From a virus (Duplodnaviria > Caudoviricetes), in IMG/VR virus record IMGVR_UViG_3300028146_000001, positions 1,381 through 65,380 of that record: a stretch of 64,000 bases of DNA; one strand, 5' to 3'. Under the pieces are notes generated by a model. It worked only from the letters and a program-made list of their open reading frames with translations, had not been told where the DNA came from and did no database searches. The translations under genes were made by a program, and so were the position numbers. Positions 26,066 through 35,235 of this stretch are shown here, piece by piece; within the stretch, counting starts at the first letter, position 1; each line of letters begins with the position of its first letter.

Positions 26066-27250
26066 CTACGCTCCCTTTGGTGGACCGACAGGCATGTTAG
26101 CTATCCGCAGCGGATTCGGCCCGCCGCCAAACGTCGAACGCGGCTCATCGTTGCGCTGATCGGCTTCCATCGCATCGACAAGCGCCCGCTGGTATTCCTT
26201 TAACTCGTAATCCTCTGGTTTGATCCGGCGAACAATTCGAGCTTGCTTCTCGCACTCACGCAAGAAATAAGTCATCATTGCCCCCATCTCCAAATCCACG
26301 GGATCGGAGATTGAGAACGGAACGGCGGTTAAGTCTACTCCCGTCACCTGATCTATTTCAAGCGAGGTTGCCGATGTCCAGCCGGTAACGGTTCGTTGCA
26401 CAAAGAAGGGGTCGCTTCCCGATTGCCCCGTGGGGACGTTCCCGTTGGGCGTACCGGCGAACCGCATCACGCAGCCGACCATATCCGCCGTCCACAAGGT
26501 TGACGTGCCGGTAACGGTTGTGCTGGCCGATGTCACCGTGGCTTTGCCGGTCTGATACGAGACAACCGGAGATGCCCCGTGCATCGACAACGCCCGCGAC
26601 TGACGGCGGTAAGAGTAGTCCATCGTATAGGCGTTGTCCGGCGCTGGATACATGAAGATCGACAGCGAGCCGTACCTTCGAGGGTCGCCTTGAATGCAAT
26701 AGGAATGCGGAAACGCGGGAGAGATATTCAGCGATTGCTGCCGGTAGAAATCGTTCGGCGTCAAACACACCAACCGCCGACCGTAGCCCAGCGCAAAGAT
26801 TTCTCCCATGTCGGCGAAGTCCACCGGCAAAGGATACGTCTCTTGCGAGAGCATGTAGACCGTGGAGGCAATGTCCTCTTGAGAAGCCGTTGCCGATTGA
26901 AGCTGAACGACGGAGTTTGATACCCGCTTGGCAATCGGCCAAACCACGTTGCCGATTCGGATAGTCCCGTCTGCCGCCCATGAAGGCCACGTCCCGCCTG
27001 TCAAGGTTACTTGCCGTGGAATCGCTCCGCTGGTAGCGAGATAAGCAATTGTTCCATCTTGGTACGCGGGAGAAGTGACAATGCGACCGCGCTTGAAAAA
27101 GCACTTCCATTGGCGCTTGGAGTGCATGTCATTGACGGCCATCTGAATTGCGCGGCGAGCAAAGCGTTCAGTTTGAGCGGTAGCGTCAGCGCCGAGATAG
27201 TCTATGACGTGCGAGAGAACATCGGCGTAGGACATTAAACTTGTTTGCAT
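26066..27250 (-). CDS. head-tail adaptor/tail tubular protein A-like with beta-sandwich inserts
   Basis: SYADVLSHV..YLG...RRAIQMA...W, TYPLPVDF, MYPAPDNAYTMDYSY; helical C-terminus. Confidence 0.7.
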   Translation of the reverse strand: MQTSLMSYADVLSHVIDYLGADATAQTERFARRAIQMAVNDMHSKRQWKCFFKRGRIVTSPAYQDGTIAYLATSGAIPRQVTLTGGTWPSWAADGTIRIGNVVWPIAKRVSNSVVQLQSATASQEDIASTVYMLSQETYPLPVDFADMGEIFALGYGRRLVCLTPNDFYRQQSLNISPAFPHSYCIQGDPRRYGSLSIFMYPAPDNAYTMDYSYRRQSRALSMHGASPVVSYQTGKATVTSASTTVTGTSTLWTADMVGCVMRFAGTPNGNVPTGQSGSDPFFVQRTVTGWTSATSLEIDQVTGVDLTAVPFSISDPVDLEMGAMMTYFLRECEKQARIVRRIKPEDYELKEYQRALVDAMEADQRNDEPRSTFGGGPNPLRIANMPVGPPKGA

Positions 27251-27310
27251 AACACAATCCGCCCCGTCCGAAGGTCGATTCCGGTAAATCTTCCTACCCT
27301 GAGAATTGTA

Positions 27311-29068
27311 TTAGCTGCTACACTCGTCGCGCCTTTTTCGTTGCTCATCGTCTTCTTCGGAACTGGCTTCTCGTCCATCGCTATCATCTCCGCGTTCGCG
27401 CTTGGCATCGGTTGTATCGGAACTGGAAACGGTTCCATCAGATTCATCCCCACGCATCGGCTGTACGTCCGCTTGGCCGACGTTGATAAACCACTGGCTG
27501 TCATCGTCTATTCCGCCAGCGTAAGTAACCGTCTCGTCGTTTCGTGCAACGGATGTTCCTGTTTCATCCGAACTTGCGGCGACGATTGTATTATGATCTA
27601 CGTTCTCGATGTAGGCAAACGAAAAGTCGTTTGCAAGGTCCGTGGTAGCGGTCTGATCGCTGCTTTCGGGTCGGTAGGGACACGGGACCGGAGTCGGAAC
27701 AGTCGGAACAAAGTTGAAGATGAAGCTCTCAAATCCAGTCAGCTTTTTTGTCGTCAAAGGCGGCTGATCGACCGGCATCCACCAATCGAACGATACCGGA
27801 ACTTCTTGGAATTGAAACGCAAAGTATCCCTCATTCGAGCGCCGAACAGAGAGCGGACTACACGATTCCATCAGCCAATCCATGATCGACGATTCGAGAA
27901 ACACAAACTGAGATTGCGTGCTGACGACGGACCGAGAGACTACCGGAACGGGAAATTCCATCATCCACGATAGGTCGGCTTCGATAATTACCAACGAAAC
28001 GTCTTGGGCAAGTAAATTCACCAATCGAATCGGAGCGCCTAGTTCAACAAACCAATCCATCGTCAGCGTGCCAGGAGTCCACGCCGCCACATCAGCTATC
28101 CACCCTTCGGGATGCCTTCTAGATTTCGACGGAGGAACCTCTGTTGGCCGATGCCAAGAGTTCAGCGGAGGTTCGATATGTTGCGGTTCGAGCGTCGTCA
28201 CAAACCACGTATGGGCTACTCTCTGTTTTGGCCATGCCTGCCCCAGCACCGGACCCCACTTATCCAACGTCAAAGTATCCGGCGTCCATGCAGCAACATC
28301 GGCAGTCCAGCCTTCCGGTCCCCTGCGCGGTTTTGCTGGCGGAATTTCAGTTGGACGCATCCACGATTGGCTTGGCGGTTCAATAAATTCAGGCTCAAGA
28401 ACCGTGACAAACAGAGTGTGGGCAACTCTTGATTTCGGCCACGCCATGCCAAGAATCGGCTCCCACTTATCCAACGTGAGCGTATCGGGCGTCCAGGCGG
28501 CAACGTCCGCAACCCATCCGAGCGGGCTTCTCCGTGCGTTTATTTGCGGCGTGTTCGTTGGCCTGTGCCAGCTTTCCAGATCGGGAACAACGAACAGTGA
28601 CGGCTCAAGAGGATAACTGAATATCCCTTCGGGATTTCTCTTGGCCTTATCGGGAGGCGTTCCGGTTGGCCGATGCCAACTCTCTAGCGCAGGCTCAATA
28701 ATAAGGGACGGTTCGAGTGGAGCAACATCGCCGCCTAATGATTCGGTGTCCCGTGGCTTTTTGTTGGGCGGAACTTGCAGCGGTTGGAACCACGACAAGG
28801 CGGGAGGTTGAAGGATAAGACTTGGTTCAAGGGTAGACGTGAACTGCCCGATTCGCGCTTGTTGACGCGGCAGCATCGGGACTTGAAGCGGCTGAAACCA
28901 CTTATCAACAAGAATGACTTCGCCAAAAGACGTTAAGCGAGGTTCAACGAAGTAAAGAAATCTTGGTTGCGCTTTTGGAAGGACTGGAACGGATGCCGGT
29001 TGAAACCACTTATCGACGGTGACTTGTTCTATCAGCGGTTTGGCGAGTTCTTGGTATTGAAAGAGCAA
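27311..29068 (-). CDS. Trp/Pro-rich repeat virion-module protein
   Basis: ~34-aa units W(F/H/M)(Q/R)PxxxPPxKxR and a 69-aa super-repeat containing WTPDTLTLDKW. Confidence 0.75.
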   Translation of the reverse strand: MLFQYQELAKPLIEQVTVDKWFQPASVPVLPKAQPRFLYFVEPRLTSFGEVILVDKWFQPLQVPMLPRQQARIGQFTSTLEPSLILQPPALSWFQPLQVPPNKKPRDTESLGGDVAPLEPSLIIEPALESWHRPTGTPPDKAKRNPEGIFSYPLEPSLFVVPDLESWHRPTNTPQINARRSPLGWVADVAAWTPDTLTLDKWEPILGMAWPKSRVAHTLFVTVLEPEFIEPPSQSWMRPTEIPPAKPRRGPEGWTADVAAWTPDTLTLDKWGPVLGQAWPKQRVAHTWFVTTLEPQHIEPPLNSWHRPTEVPPSKSRRHPEGWIADVAAWTPGTLTMDWFVELGAPIRLVNLLAQDVSLVIIEADLSWMMEFPVPVVSRSVVSTQSQFVFLESSIMDWLMESCSPLSVRRSNEGYFAFQFQEVPVSFDWWMPVDQPPLTTKKLTGFESFIFNFVPTVPTPVPCPYRPESSDQTATTDLANDFSFAYIENVDHNTIVAASSDETGTSVARNDETVTYAGGIDDDSQWFINVGQADVQPMRGDESDGTVSSSDTTDAKRERGDDSDGREASSEEDDEQRKRRDECSS

Positions 29069-29076
29069 GAGTCACC

Positions 29077-29415
29077 TTACCCGATCTTCGGCACGCTCAC
29101 CACCACTGGCCTGAATGTCGGATCGCGGCCTTTCTCCATGTTCTCAAGATATTGCTCGACCGGAACGCACGCCGCGCAACTCGGACCACATACCGGACCA
29201 TTACAATTCATGCACCAACCGCGAACCTTCCTGCCCTGATCTTCCCGCTGCTTTGCTTCGGCAGTCGTCAACATTTCGGTTATCAATCTTTTCGGCTTGC
29301 TGACAAAATGACCGCCGCAATGAACGCATTGGTGAGTGACGAGTTCAAGGACCGGCTTATCGGCGTTTGGGTCGGTGTAGATGATACGGCCAAAATCGGT
29401 TGTGTTCAGACTCAC
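29077..29415 (-). CDS. Zn-finger protein
   Basis: QCVHCG...WCMNCNGPVCGPSCAACVP. Confidence 0.65.
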   Translation of the reverse strand: MSLNTTDFGRIIYTDPNADKPVLELVTHQCVHCGGHFVSKPKRLITEMLTTAEAKQREDQGRKVRGWCMNCNGPVCGPSCAACVPVEQYLENMEKGRDPTFRPVVVSVPKIG

Positions 29416-29669
29416 TTTTTTATCTCGTATGCCAGCAGCGTATTTTCGTGCTTGTTTAGCTTTTCTTTTGAGAGCGATCCCAATGTATCTTCCACTTCAA
29501 CGCTGTTCGTCCAGATCGCCGCGAACTTTCCACTCGCCAACTGACCAGCGGCGAAATCACCTTCGCAGCAAAAAACCTCGACAAACACGATTTCCGAACG
29601 CTTCACTCCATTGGGAAGGTTCGGAATATCTGCGACACGTCGATTGATTTCGGCAACATCCATCGGCAA
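29412..29669 (-). CDS. hypothetical protein
   Basis: ATGA coupling. Confidence 0.55.
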   Translation of the reverse strand: MPMDVAEINRRVADIPNLPNGVKRSEIVFVEVFCCEGDFAAGQLASGKFAAIWTNSVEVEDTLGSLSKEKLNKHENTLLAYEIKK

Positions 29670-30134
29670 TCATTCCTCAAAGAATACAGTCGCACCATAG
29701 GCTTGCGTGCTGGTAGACGTAACCGTTTTCAGACCGGCCCCGTTGTTCTGTGTTGCCGTCATCAGCAATTCGTAACCCGGCGCTGCAACCCAACGAAAGG
29801 TAGCGCGTTGGTTAAGCTGAAACGCCAACAACTGCTTTGCCGCCGTGTAGGTCGGTTCGCCAGAGAAAACGCCAAGGCCGGAATCGCAATCGCCCGCAGG
29901 CCCGCCAGGATCAAGATTGTTCGGGATCAAGCCCGATCCTTCCGTGCCAACGGCGGTAGTCCGGTTCAACAGAAAATCGGCGGCTTGATCGGCGGGAGTC
30001 GCAACCGAGCCGACGATCAAATCGCTTATTCGTCCTCGATTGGTCGGAGTCGCCGCAGAGTGGAAAATATTGATGATCGTTTTGTCCGTGCCGCTCGCGA
30101 CCGACGCAACCCGCGTTGAGAATTTTTCCGCCAT
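29670..30134 (-). CDS. small beta-rich structural protein
   Basis: AAGGA RBS; Thr/Ala/Gly-rich; ends in FEE. Confidence 0.65.
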   Translation of the reverse strand: MAEKFSTRVASVASGTDKTIINIFHSAATPTNRGRISDLIVGSVATPADQAADFLLNRTTAVGTEGSGLIPNNLDPGGPAGDCDSGLGVFSGEPTYTAAKQLLAFQLNQRATFRWVAAPGYELLMTATQNNGAGLKTVTSTSTQAYGATVFFEE

Positions 30135-30179
30135 GACACGATTTCCTTTCGAGTAAGTTGTTCAGCCCCAGACAGTTTA

Positions 30180-30323
30180 TCAGAAACACACCCAAGGCAA
30201 CACGAAAATTGAATAGGCCACGACGTTGTAACGAGAAATGATCTGATAATTGAACACGACGAAGTTGAAATAAACTACGCTGGCGGCAACGGGAGTTTGC
30301 CCAAAAAAGACTTGAAAGTTCAT
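30180..30323 (-). CDS. 47-aa hydrophobic ORF (missing from the ORF track)
   Basis: MNFQVFFGQTPVAASVVYFNFVVFNYQIISRYNVVAYSIFVLPWVCF; AGGAG RBS. Confidence 0.55.
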   Translation of the reverse strand: MNFQVFFGQTPVAASVVYFNFVVFNYQIISRYNVVAYSIFVLPWVCF

Positions 30324-30333
30324 GACTTATCTC

Positions 30334-30672
30334 CTATGCCGTGGTTTCAATGGTGAAGGCTAAATCAGCCCATTCTTTCGGAGAGGTTTGGTCGATACAC
30401 TGAACAAAGACTTGATCGAAGTTCATTTCCGACGCCGACAATTGAAGGTTCACCCAGATCGAACCCGTTGGATCAACCGAAGGCAGTACAGTCAAATCTC
30501 CCATCGCCGAAGGACTTCCGCCGTTGCTTGCCCCGCTTCGCTTGAAATCGCCAGCCGCAATCGTGGGAGCCGCTTTGAAAGAACCTGGATTTGCCATGTC
30601 AGCCAAGCAAATTTGCACGGCGAACGCCTGACCCTTTTTCGGCGGATTGGAGTTTCCGTAATAGGTAGCCAT
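30334..30672 (-). CDS. Ig-like structural protein
   Basis: PPKKGQAF...FKAAPTIAAGDFK...LSASEMN...DQT..KEW. Confidence 0.65.
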   Translation of the reverse strand: MATYYGNSNPPKKGQAFAVQICLADMANPGSFKAAPTIAAGDFKRSGASNGGSPSAMGDLTVLPSVDPTGSIWVNLQLSASEMNFDQVFVQCIDQTSPKEWADLAFTIETTA

Positions 30673-30681
30673 GACACTTTC

Positions 30682-31866
30682 TCAGAACGAAATAAGAGAG
30701 GCAAACCCATCGCCGCCTGTTCCACCAAGCCCACCGTTTCCCGTTGTCGTTGCCGCCGCCCGCGCTCGACCACCGCCACCGCCGCCGCCGCCACCAAAGT
30801 AGCCTAAACCTTTCAAAGCCCCACCAGCACCCGCATTCGTTGCGGACACATCGCAACCACCGCCGCCGCCGCCGCCTGCAAAACTAGATACGGCAGGAAT
30901 CCCGCCAGCGCTGCCGCCGTTAGGACCGCCCGTGCCGCCTGTTGCACCATTAGGAAACCCTGCCCCTCCAAACCCACCATCGCCTTGCGCTGAATCCGCA
31001 GTAGCACCACCACCACCACCACCACCTGACCCGCCGCAATTTGCACAATCGGCCCCTACTGTCCCCGTTGTCGCTCCGCTTCTTCCCGTTCCGCCAGCCC
31101 CGCCATTTGTGTCGCCACCACCGCCAGCGCCAGCCGTTCCCGTTCTTGCTCCTGTGCCTTGCGTGCCACCGCTGCCAGCCCCGCCATGCCCAGCCGTCAA
31201 AGTTGATCCACCAAATCCCGTAACCGACGTGTCGCTGCCAGCGCTGCCAGCGCTGCCGTTGCCATTCGCGGCAGAAGAACCCGCTCCACCACTTCCGCCA
31301 GCCCCAACCGTTACCTGAGACGATACAAGAGTGCTTATTAAAACCACCCTGTCTCGAAGACCACCACCACCACCGCCACCGCCGCCCGATGCTTGATTGG
31401 TCGATGTCGTTGACCTGGCCCCGCCGCCCGCCCCGCCGCCACCAGCAACCAAAGTTGCGTTCACAAACCGAGCGGGCAACACCGGATTCGTCCAAGGAAC
31501 CAAAGTGTCCCCTTGGGCATATATCCGAATATCAATCGTGCTGAACACGACCGGCCCAGAATCGAACCCAAACATCATGGCAAACGAAGCCAGAAAACCG
31601 TATCCCTTGGGGACCGCCAGAGTTTTCCCATCGACGCGAAGCCGCTTGAAAACATCAGACCATCGCGCGGGAATGTTTTTTAATAGCCGATCAACGGTTG
31701 ACCAATCGGCCAGCTTGAGAAATTCATCGTTGACAGGATCGAGAAATCCGTAGCGGAAGTCGCGGTCTGGGTTGACGTGATCGAGGATGTATTTTCCGGC
31801 AAGTTCAATGAAATCGGCTCGCGAAGCGCGGCCACTGGACATTTTGGCGATTTCTCTGGCGAACAT
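30682..31866 (-). CDS. glycine-rich tail/fibre protein
   Basis: Long GGGGG tracts after LVAGGGG, polyglycine-II type. Confidence 0.75.
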   Translation of the reverse strand: MFAREIAKMSSGRASRADFIELAGKYILDHVNPDRDFRYGFLDPVNDEFLKLADWSTVDRLLKNIPARWSDVFKRLRVDGKTLAVPKGYGFLASFAMMFGFDSGPVVFSTIDIRIYAQGDTLVPWTNPVLPARFVNATLVAGGGGAGGGARSTTSTNQASGGGGGGGGGLRDRVVLISTLVSSQVTVGAGGSGGAGSSAANGNGSAGSAGSDTSVTGFGGSTLTAGHGGAGSGGTQGTGARTGTAGAGGGGDTNGGAGGTGRSGATTGTVGADCANCGGSGGGGGGGATADSAQGDGGFGGAGFPNGATGGTGGPNGGSAGGIPAVSSFAGGGGGGGCDVSATNAGAGGALKGLGYFGGGGGGGGGRARAAATTTGNGGLGGTGGDGFASLISF

Positions 31867-31869
31867 AGA

Positions 31870-32457
31870 TCATCCCTTCGGTTTCTTCCATGACGGACGC
31901 AAACGGTTCTTCACCCTCTCCATCGTATCCCGAACCTCTCGGCCCGTCACCGTTTGCCCAGCCAGTTCTATCGCCGTTTCCCGCGCAACGATCTTTGGAG
32001 CCACGTCCACGTAAGGAGCGGGCGTGTCTTCGTTCCGCTTGGCTTCATCGGCCCGTTGAGCGATTACCTTCTTGGCCTGTCCAATATCGCTCACAAAGGC
32101 CCGTGGATCGCCAGGGAAGCGGGCAAGGCTTGCCTTATACACTTCGCCGCGTCCCATCTTCTTGCCATGCTTACGAGCCTCCCGCTTGTAGCGGTCGCCG
32201 ATTTCCGGCTGATCTTGAAATTGGCGGTTATTCTCCGTGCCTTCGAGGAACGCGCGATCGGTCCCCGACGTGCCAGGGGGAACACCCGCCTCAATCATCT
32301 GATTGGCTTTGCTGGCATCTTTGGAAGTGAGAATAACCCATTTCCCACCGATGGATATTCCGGTGAGAGATGGGTTTTTTGTTTTCTTCTCGACAACTTC
32401 TTCCGCTTGGTCGAGCGTCAAGCCTTGGGCGAGCAAGTATTTCATCAGGTCGATCAT
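31870..32457 (-). CDS. conserved phage head-module hypothetical protein
   Basis: GGAG RBS; PPGTSGTDRAFLEG and LARFPGDPRAFV. Confidence 0.6.
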   Translation of the reverse strand: MIDLMKYLLAQGLTLDQAEEVVEKKTKNPSLTGISIGGKWVILTSKDASKANQMIEAGVPPGTSGTDRAFLEGTENNRQFQDQPEIGDRYKREARKHGKKMGRGEVYKASLARFPGDPRAFVSDIGQAKKVIAQRADEAKRNEDTPAPYVDVAPKIVARETAIELAGQTVTGREVRDTMERVKNRLRPSWKKPKG

Positions 32458-32468
32458 GGATTCTCCGC

Positions 32469-34025
32469 TTACTCGATGGTCCCCTTGGACACCGATTGCA
32501 TGGTCAACGCCGCGTTCGTGGTGAACTTGCATTCAAACGTGCGAGTCGTCTTCGTGGCCACGGTCGCCGTTCCAGTGATGGTGACTTGCCCGCCATCGGT
32601 CAGAGTCACCGTGCCTCCACCTTGAGAGATCAACGTCACCAAAAACGTCATGCCGACCTGCGCGTTCGGGATGTCCGCGAACATCTGTGCCGCCGTGCGA
32701 GTGGTCAACGCAATGCCGCCAGCGCCCGCAGCGGTAGTTTGATAGAAAACGTGATTCGCACCCGTCAAAGCGCCAGCCGCCGCCGTGATCGTGGTATCCG
32801 TGGCAATCGTCGTGAACTGCGCAGCGGGTAAGTGGCAAAGCGGTTGCATCCCGATTCCGGTAATTGTAACCGTTGTCGCCGCCGTCACCTTGACCAAGAA
32901 GCGGCCAACGCTCAAAGCCGGAACCGCCGTCAAGCCAGCCAGTGTAACGCCGGTATCCGCCGCCAAAGTCTCGGTGAAAGCAACCGTGTTCTTGATCGAG
33001 AACTCGAACGCATCGCCGACATTGGCATTCGGCAAACCAGCGATGATGTTCGCCGCCGTATCGGTCGTATCAATGTAATCCGCCGACGCGCCAGAACGAG
33101 TGATGAGCCGACCAACGATACCCGCAGCGGTCAGAACGCCAGCGCCAGCCGTGGTAATCGACGTGTTCGCTTCGAGCGGAGGAGTAGTCATGAGGCTGAT
33201 CGAGATGCCCTGAATGGCAACGGCGGTAACGCTCGTAACGGTCACGCGGAAGCGACCGACCGAATTTGGCGGGATGATCGTTTGGCCGCTCAAGGTCACA
33301 CCAGCGCCAGCCGTGATCGTTTCATTGAAGCCGACCGTGTTCTTGACCACGAACTCGAACGTCATTCCGGCCTTCACCATCGGGATAGCCGCGACAATGG
33401 CAACCGCCGTATCCGTGGCATCCGAGTAAGCCGCCGATGCCCCGCTTCGCGTGATGACACCACCAACGATCCCCGCCGCCGTCAACGTCCCAGCGCCCGC
33501 CGTCGTGATCGCGGTATTCGCCGAGATGGGAGCGGTCAGTATCACGCCACGCCAATTCCCCGTCGCCGTGGCGATGAAGATTGCAACCGCACCAGCCGGA
33601 AGCGGAACACCCGTCGCCGTGGCAATCGAGTTGATCGTATCCGTGCCGTTGCCGAAGATTTGCGCGGAATTGGCTCCGTCATTGAAGACGAAGATAACAA
33701 AGCCAGCCGCCGCCGTTGGGAGCTTGGCCGAATCTCCCGCCGTGGTAACGGTGGAAATCCGGTTAATCATCGACGTGAGAGCGATTGCAGCCGCTTGTGT
33801 TCCGCCCGCATGGGCCGTGACCGCGTTCGACGCCTGTTCTTTGATGAGTCCGACAAGCGTTCCAACGTCGGTTGAATTGGAGCCGATTTGGTAAGCTCCG
33901 TTCTCGGAATCGAAAACGCCAGGAGTCCCAGAGGCTTCCACGGCAGCGCCGATGAGGTTAGCGGCTTCTGTACTTCCGCAAGCATTGGCCAAAGCGTGAA
34001 GTTCGACGGCGGATAATTGAGCCAT
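32469..34025 (-). CDS. Ala/Thr-rich repeat capsid decoration/head fibre protein
   Basis: Tandem ~115-aa repeats (TTAGAG.LTAAGIVG..ITRSGA...TDTA..I.A..P). Confidence 0.7.
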   Translation of the reverse strand: MAQLSAVELHALANACGSTEAANLIGAAVEASGTPGVFDSENGAYQIGSNSTDVGTLVGLIKEQASNAVTAHAGGTQAAAIALTSMINRISTVTTAGDSAKLPTAAAGFVIFVFNDGANSAQIFGNGTDTINSIATATGVPLPAGAVAIFIATATGNWRGVILTAPISANTAITTAGAGTLTAAGIVGGVITRSGASAAYSDATDTAVAIVAAIPMVKAGMTFEFVVKNTVGFNETITAGAGVTLSGQTIIPPNSVGRFRVTVTSVTAVAIQGISISLMTTPPLEANTSITTAGAGVLTAAGIVGRLITRSGASADYIDTTDTAANIIAGLPNANVGDAFEFSIKNTVAFTETLAADTGVTLAGLTAVPALSVGRFLVKVTAATTVTITGIGMQPLCHLPAAQFTTIATDTTITAAAGALTGANHVFYQTTAAGAGGIALTTRTAAQMFADIPNAQVGMTFLVTLISQGGGTVTLTDGGQVTITGTATVATKTTRTFECKFTTNAALTMQSVSKGTIE

Positions 34026-34027
34026 TG

Positions 34028-34165
34028 TTACTTTCCTTTGTTCTTGAAGTATTCGATCTCCGCGAGCCGCTTGGCCGCTTCCTTTTTTGATTTGTAAGGG
34101 CGAGAAAGAATCTTCCGCCCATCATGCGACTTCACCACGTAGCCGCCTTTGACTTTCGCAATCAC
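34028..34165 (-). CDS. small basic conserved phage protein
   Basis: GTG start with AGGAG; MIAKVKGGYVVKSHDGRK...AAKRLAEIEYFK. Confidence 0.6.
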   Translation of the reverse strand: MIAKVKGGYVVKSHDGRKILSRPYKSKKEAAKRLAEIEYFKNKGK

Positions 34166-34176
34166 GGCTGGAACTC

Positions 34177-34500
34177 CTAGTACATCGGAGGCTGTCCACC
34201 GACGCCCAGCGCCATCATCAGAGAATCTTGACCGCCACCGCCGCGCGGCATCGGCTTTCCGCTTGCGCCAGCAGGCATCGGGATATTTGGACCGCCCGCC
34301 GTGTTGAATGGTTGCGGCATCGGCTGACCGCAGCATGGACACATGCCACCTTCGCCGGATTCTTCACCCATGCCGCCCATTTGTGGGCCAGCGCCCGGAG
34401 GAGCGGGAGCCATTGCACCACCACCGCCTTGCAGAAGCGCCATCAATTCGGGAGGAAGACCTTGTTGCGGCATTCCAGACATCGGAGGCATTTGGGACAT
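34177..34500 (-). CDS. Met/Gly/Pro-rich low-complexity protein
   Basis: AAGGA RBS; CPCC motif. Confidence 0.55.
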   Translation of the reverse strand: MSQMPPMSGMPQQGLPPELMALLQGGGGAMAPAPPGAGPQMGGMGEESGEGGMCPCCGQPMPQPFNTAGGPNIPMPAGASGKPMPRGGGGQDSLMMALGVGGQPPMY

Positions 34501-34559
34501 TGGAGGTTCCTTTCGTTACTCAGACTTTATCGTGAATGGCGGCAGAAGTCCACAAGGAA

Positions 34560-34877
34560 TCAGGATTTGAGATTCAAGATGATATTTCCGGCGACATTGG
34601 CGCGAATCTGAATCTTACCAGCGCCGAACAAAGCCGAGGGGATCGGGTAGCTTTTATCCGCCGCTACCGTCTGCGTGATTGCCGTTCCAGTTGAATCTTG
34701 AGCGGCGTAATAAGCACCGGCAGGCATGGCCACGTAGTACGTGAGGGTAACGTAAGTTTCCGCGTGCGGTATTGCGATTTCTCCCGATGCCGCGTGCGAA
34801 ATGTCAATCTCAGGAGAAGCGGAAGTCGTCAGCAATGCCACCGTTTGTTCGGTTGTATAGCGAGTTTCAAAGGCCAT
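34560..34877 (-). CDS. small beta-sandwich structural protein
   Basis: AAGGAG RBS. Confidence 0.6.
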   Translation of the reverse strand: MAFETRYTTEQTVALLTTSASPEIDISHAASGEIAIPHAETYVTLTYYVAMPAGAYYAAQDSTGTAITQTVAADKSYPIPSALFGAGKIQIRANVAGNIILNLKS

Positions 34878-34922
34878 GACGCTCTCCTTTTATTTGCAAC
34901 AACATACTTGACTCGTCAATAA

Positions 34923-35198
34923 TTACGGAACCCACTCGCCTGCTGTGAGAGAGAAGTGATGCTCGCAGTGCGCCGGGTCTTTTCGCTGAATCGATGGACT
35001 TAGCGTTTTCTTGGCTTCGTCCCACGTCCATGAACTTTTTCCTAACGGTTGAAGCGGTATATGGCACTTGTCACCGCATCCATCATGAGGGCAGATAAAC
35101 ATGAAGCCGTCATTTTGATTGACCAGATCAAAAATACAGTAATCGCCAGCGTCTTTGACTTCTTCCTTGGTCTGTTTTCTGGTTGCGATCCTCAGCAT
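34923..35198 (-). CDS. DUF6527-like Zn-binding protein
   Basis: FICP..GCG...WTWD....TLSPSI......C..H..L..G.W. Confidence 0.7.
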   Translation of the reverse strand: MLRIATRKQTKEEVKDAGDYCIFDLVNQNDGFMFICPHDGCGDKCHIPLQPLGKSSWTWDEAKKTLSPSIQRKDPAHCEHHFSLTAGEWVP

Positions 35199-35235
35199 CT
35201 TTGACCTCGTGATGAGCCAAGTATGTTATTGCCTT

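Noticed and set aside
30760-31445. CCG/CCA trinucleotide tracts as contingency repeats
   Set aside because: They are explained by poly-Gly codons with mixed third positions.
19240-35198. FCCH-like domains plus DUF6527 as a phage ubiquitin system
   Set aside because: No Ubl, E1 adenylation, E2 or JAB domain is visible, and the FCCH-like units sit in structural proteins.
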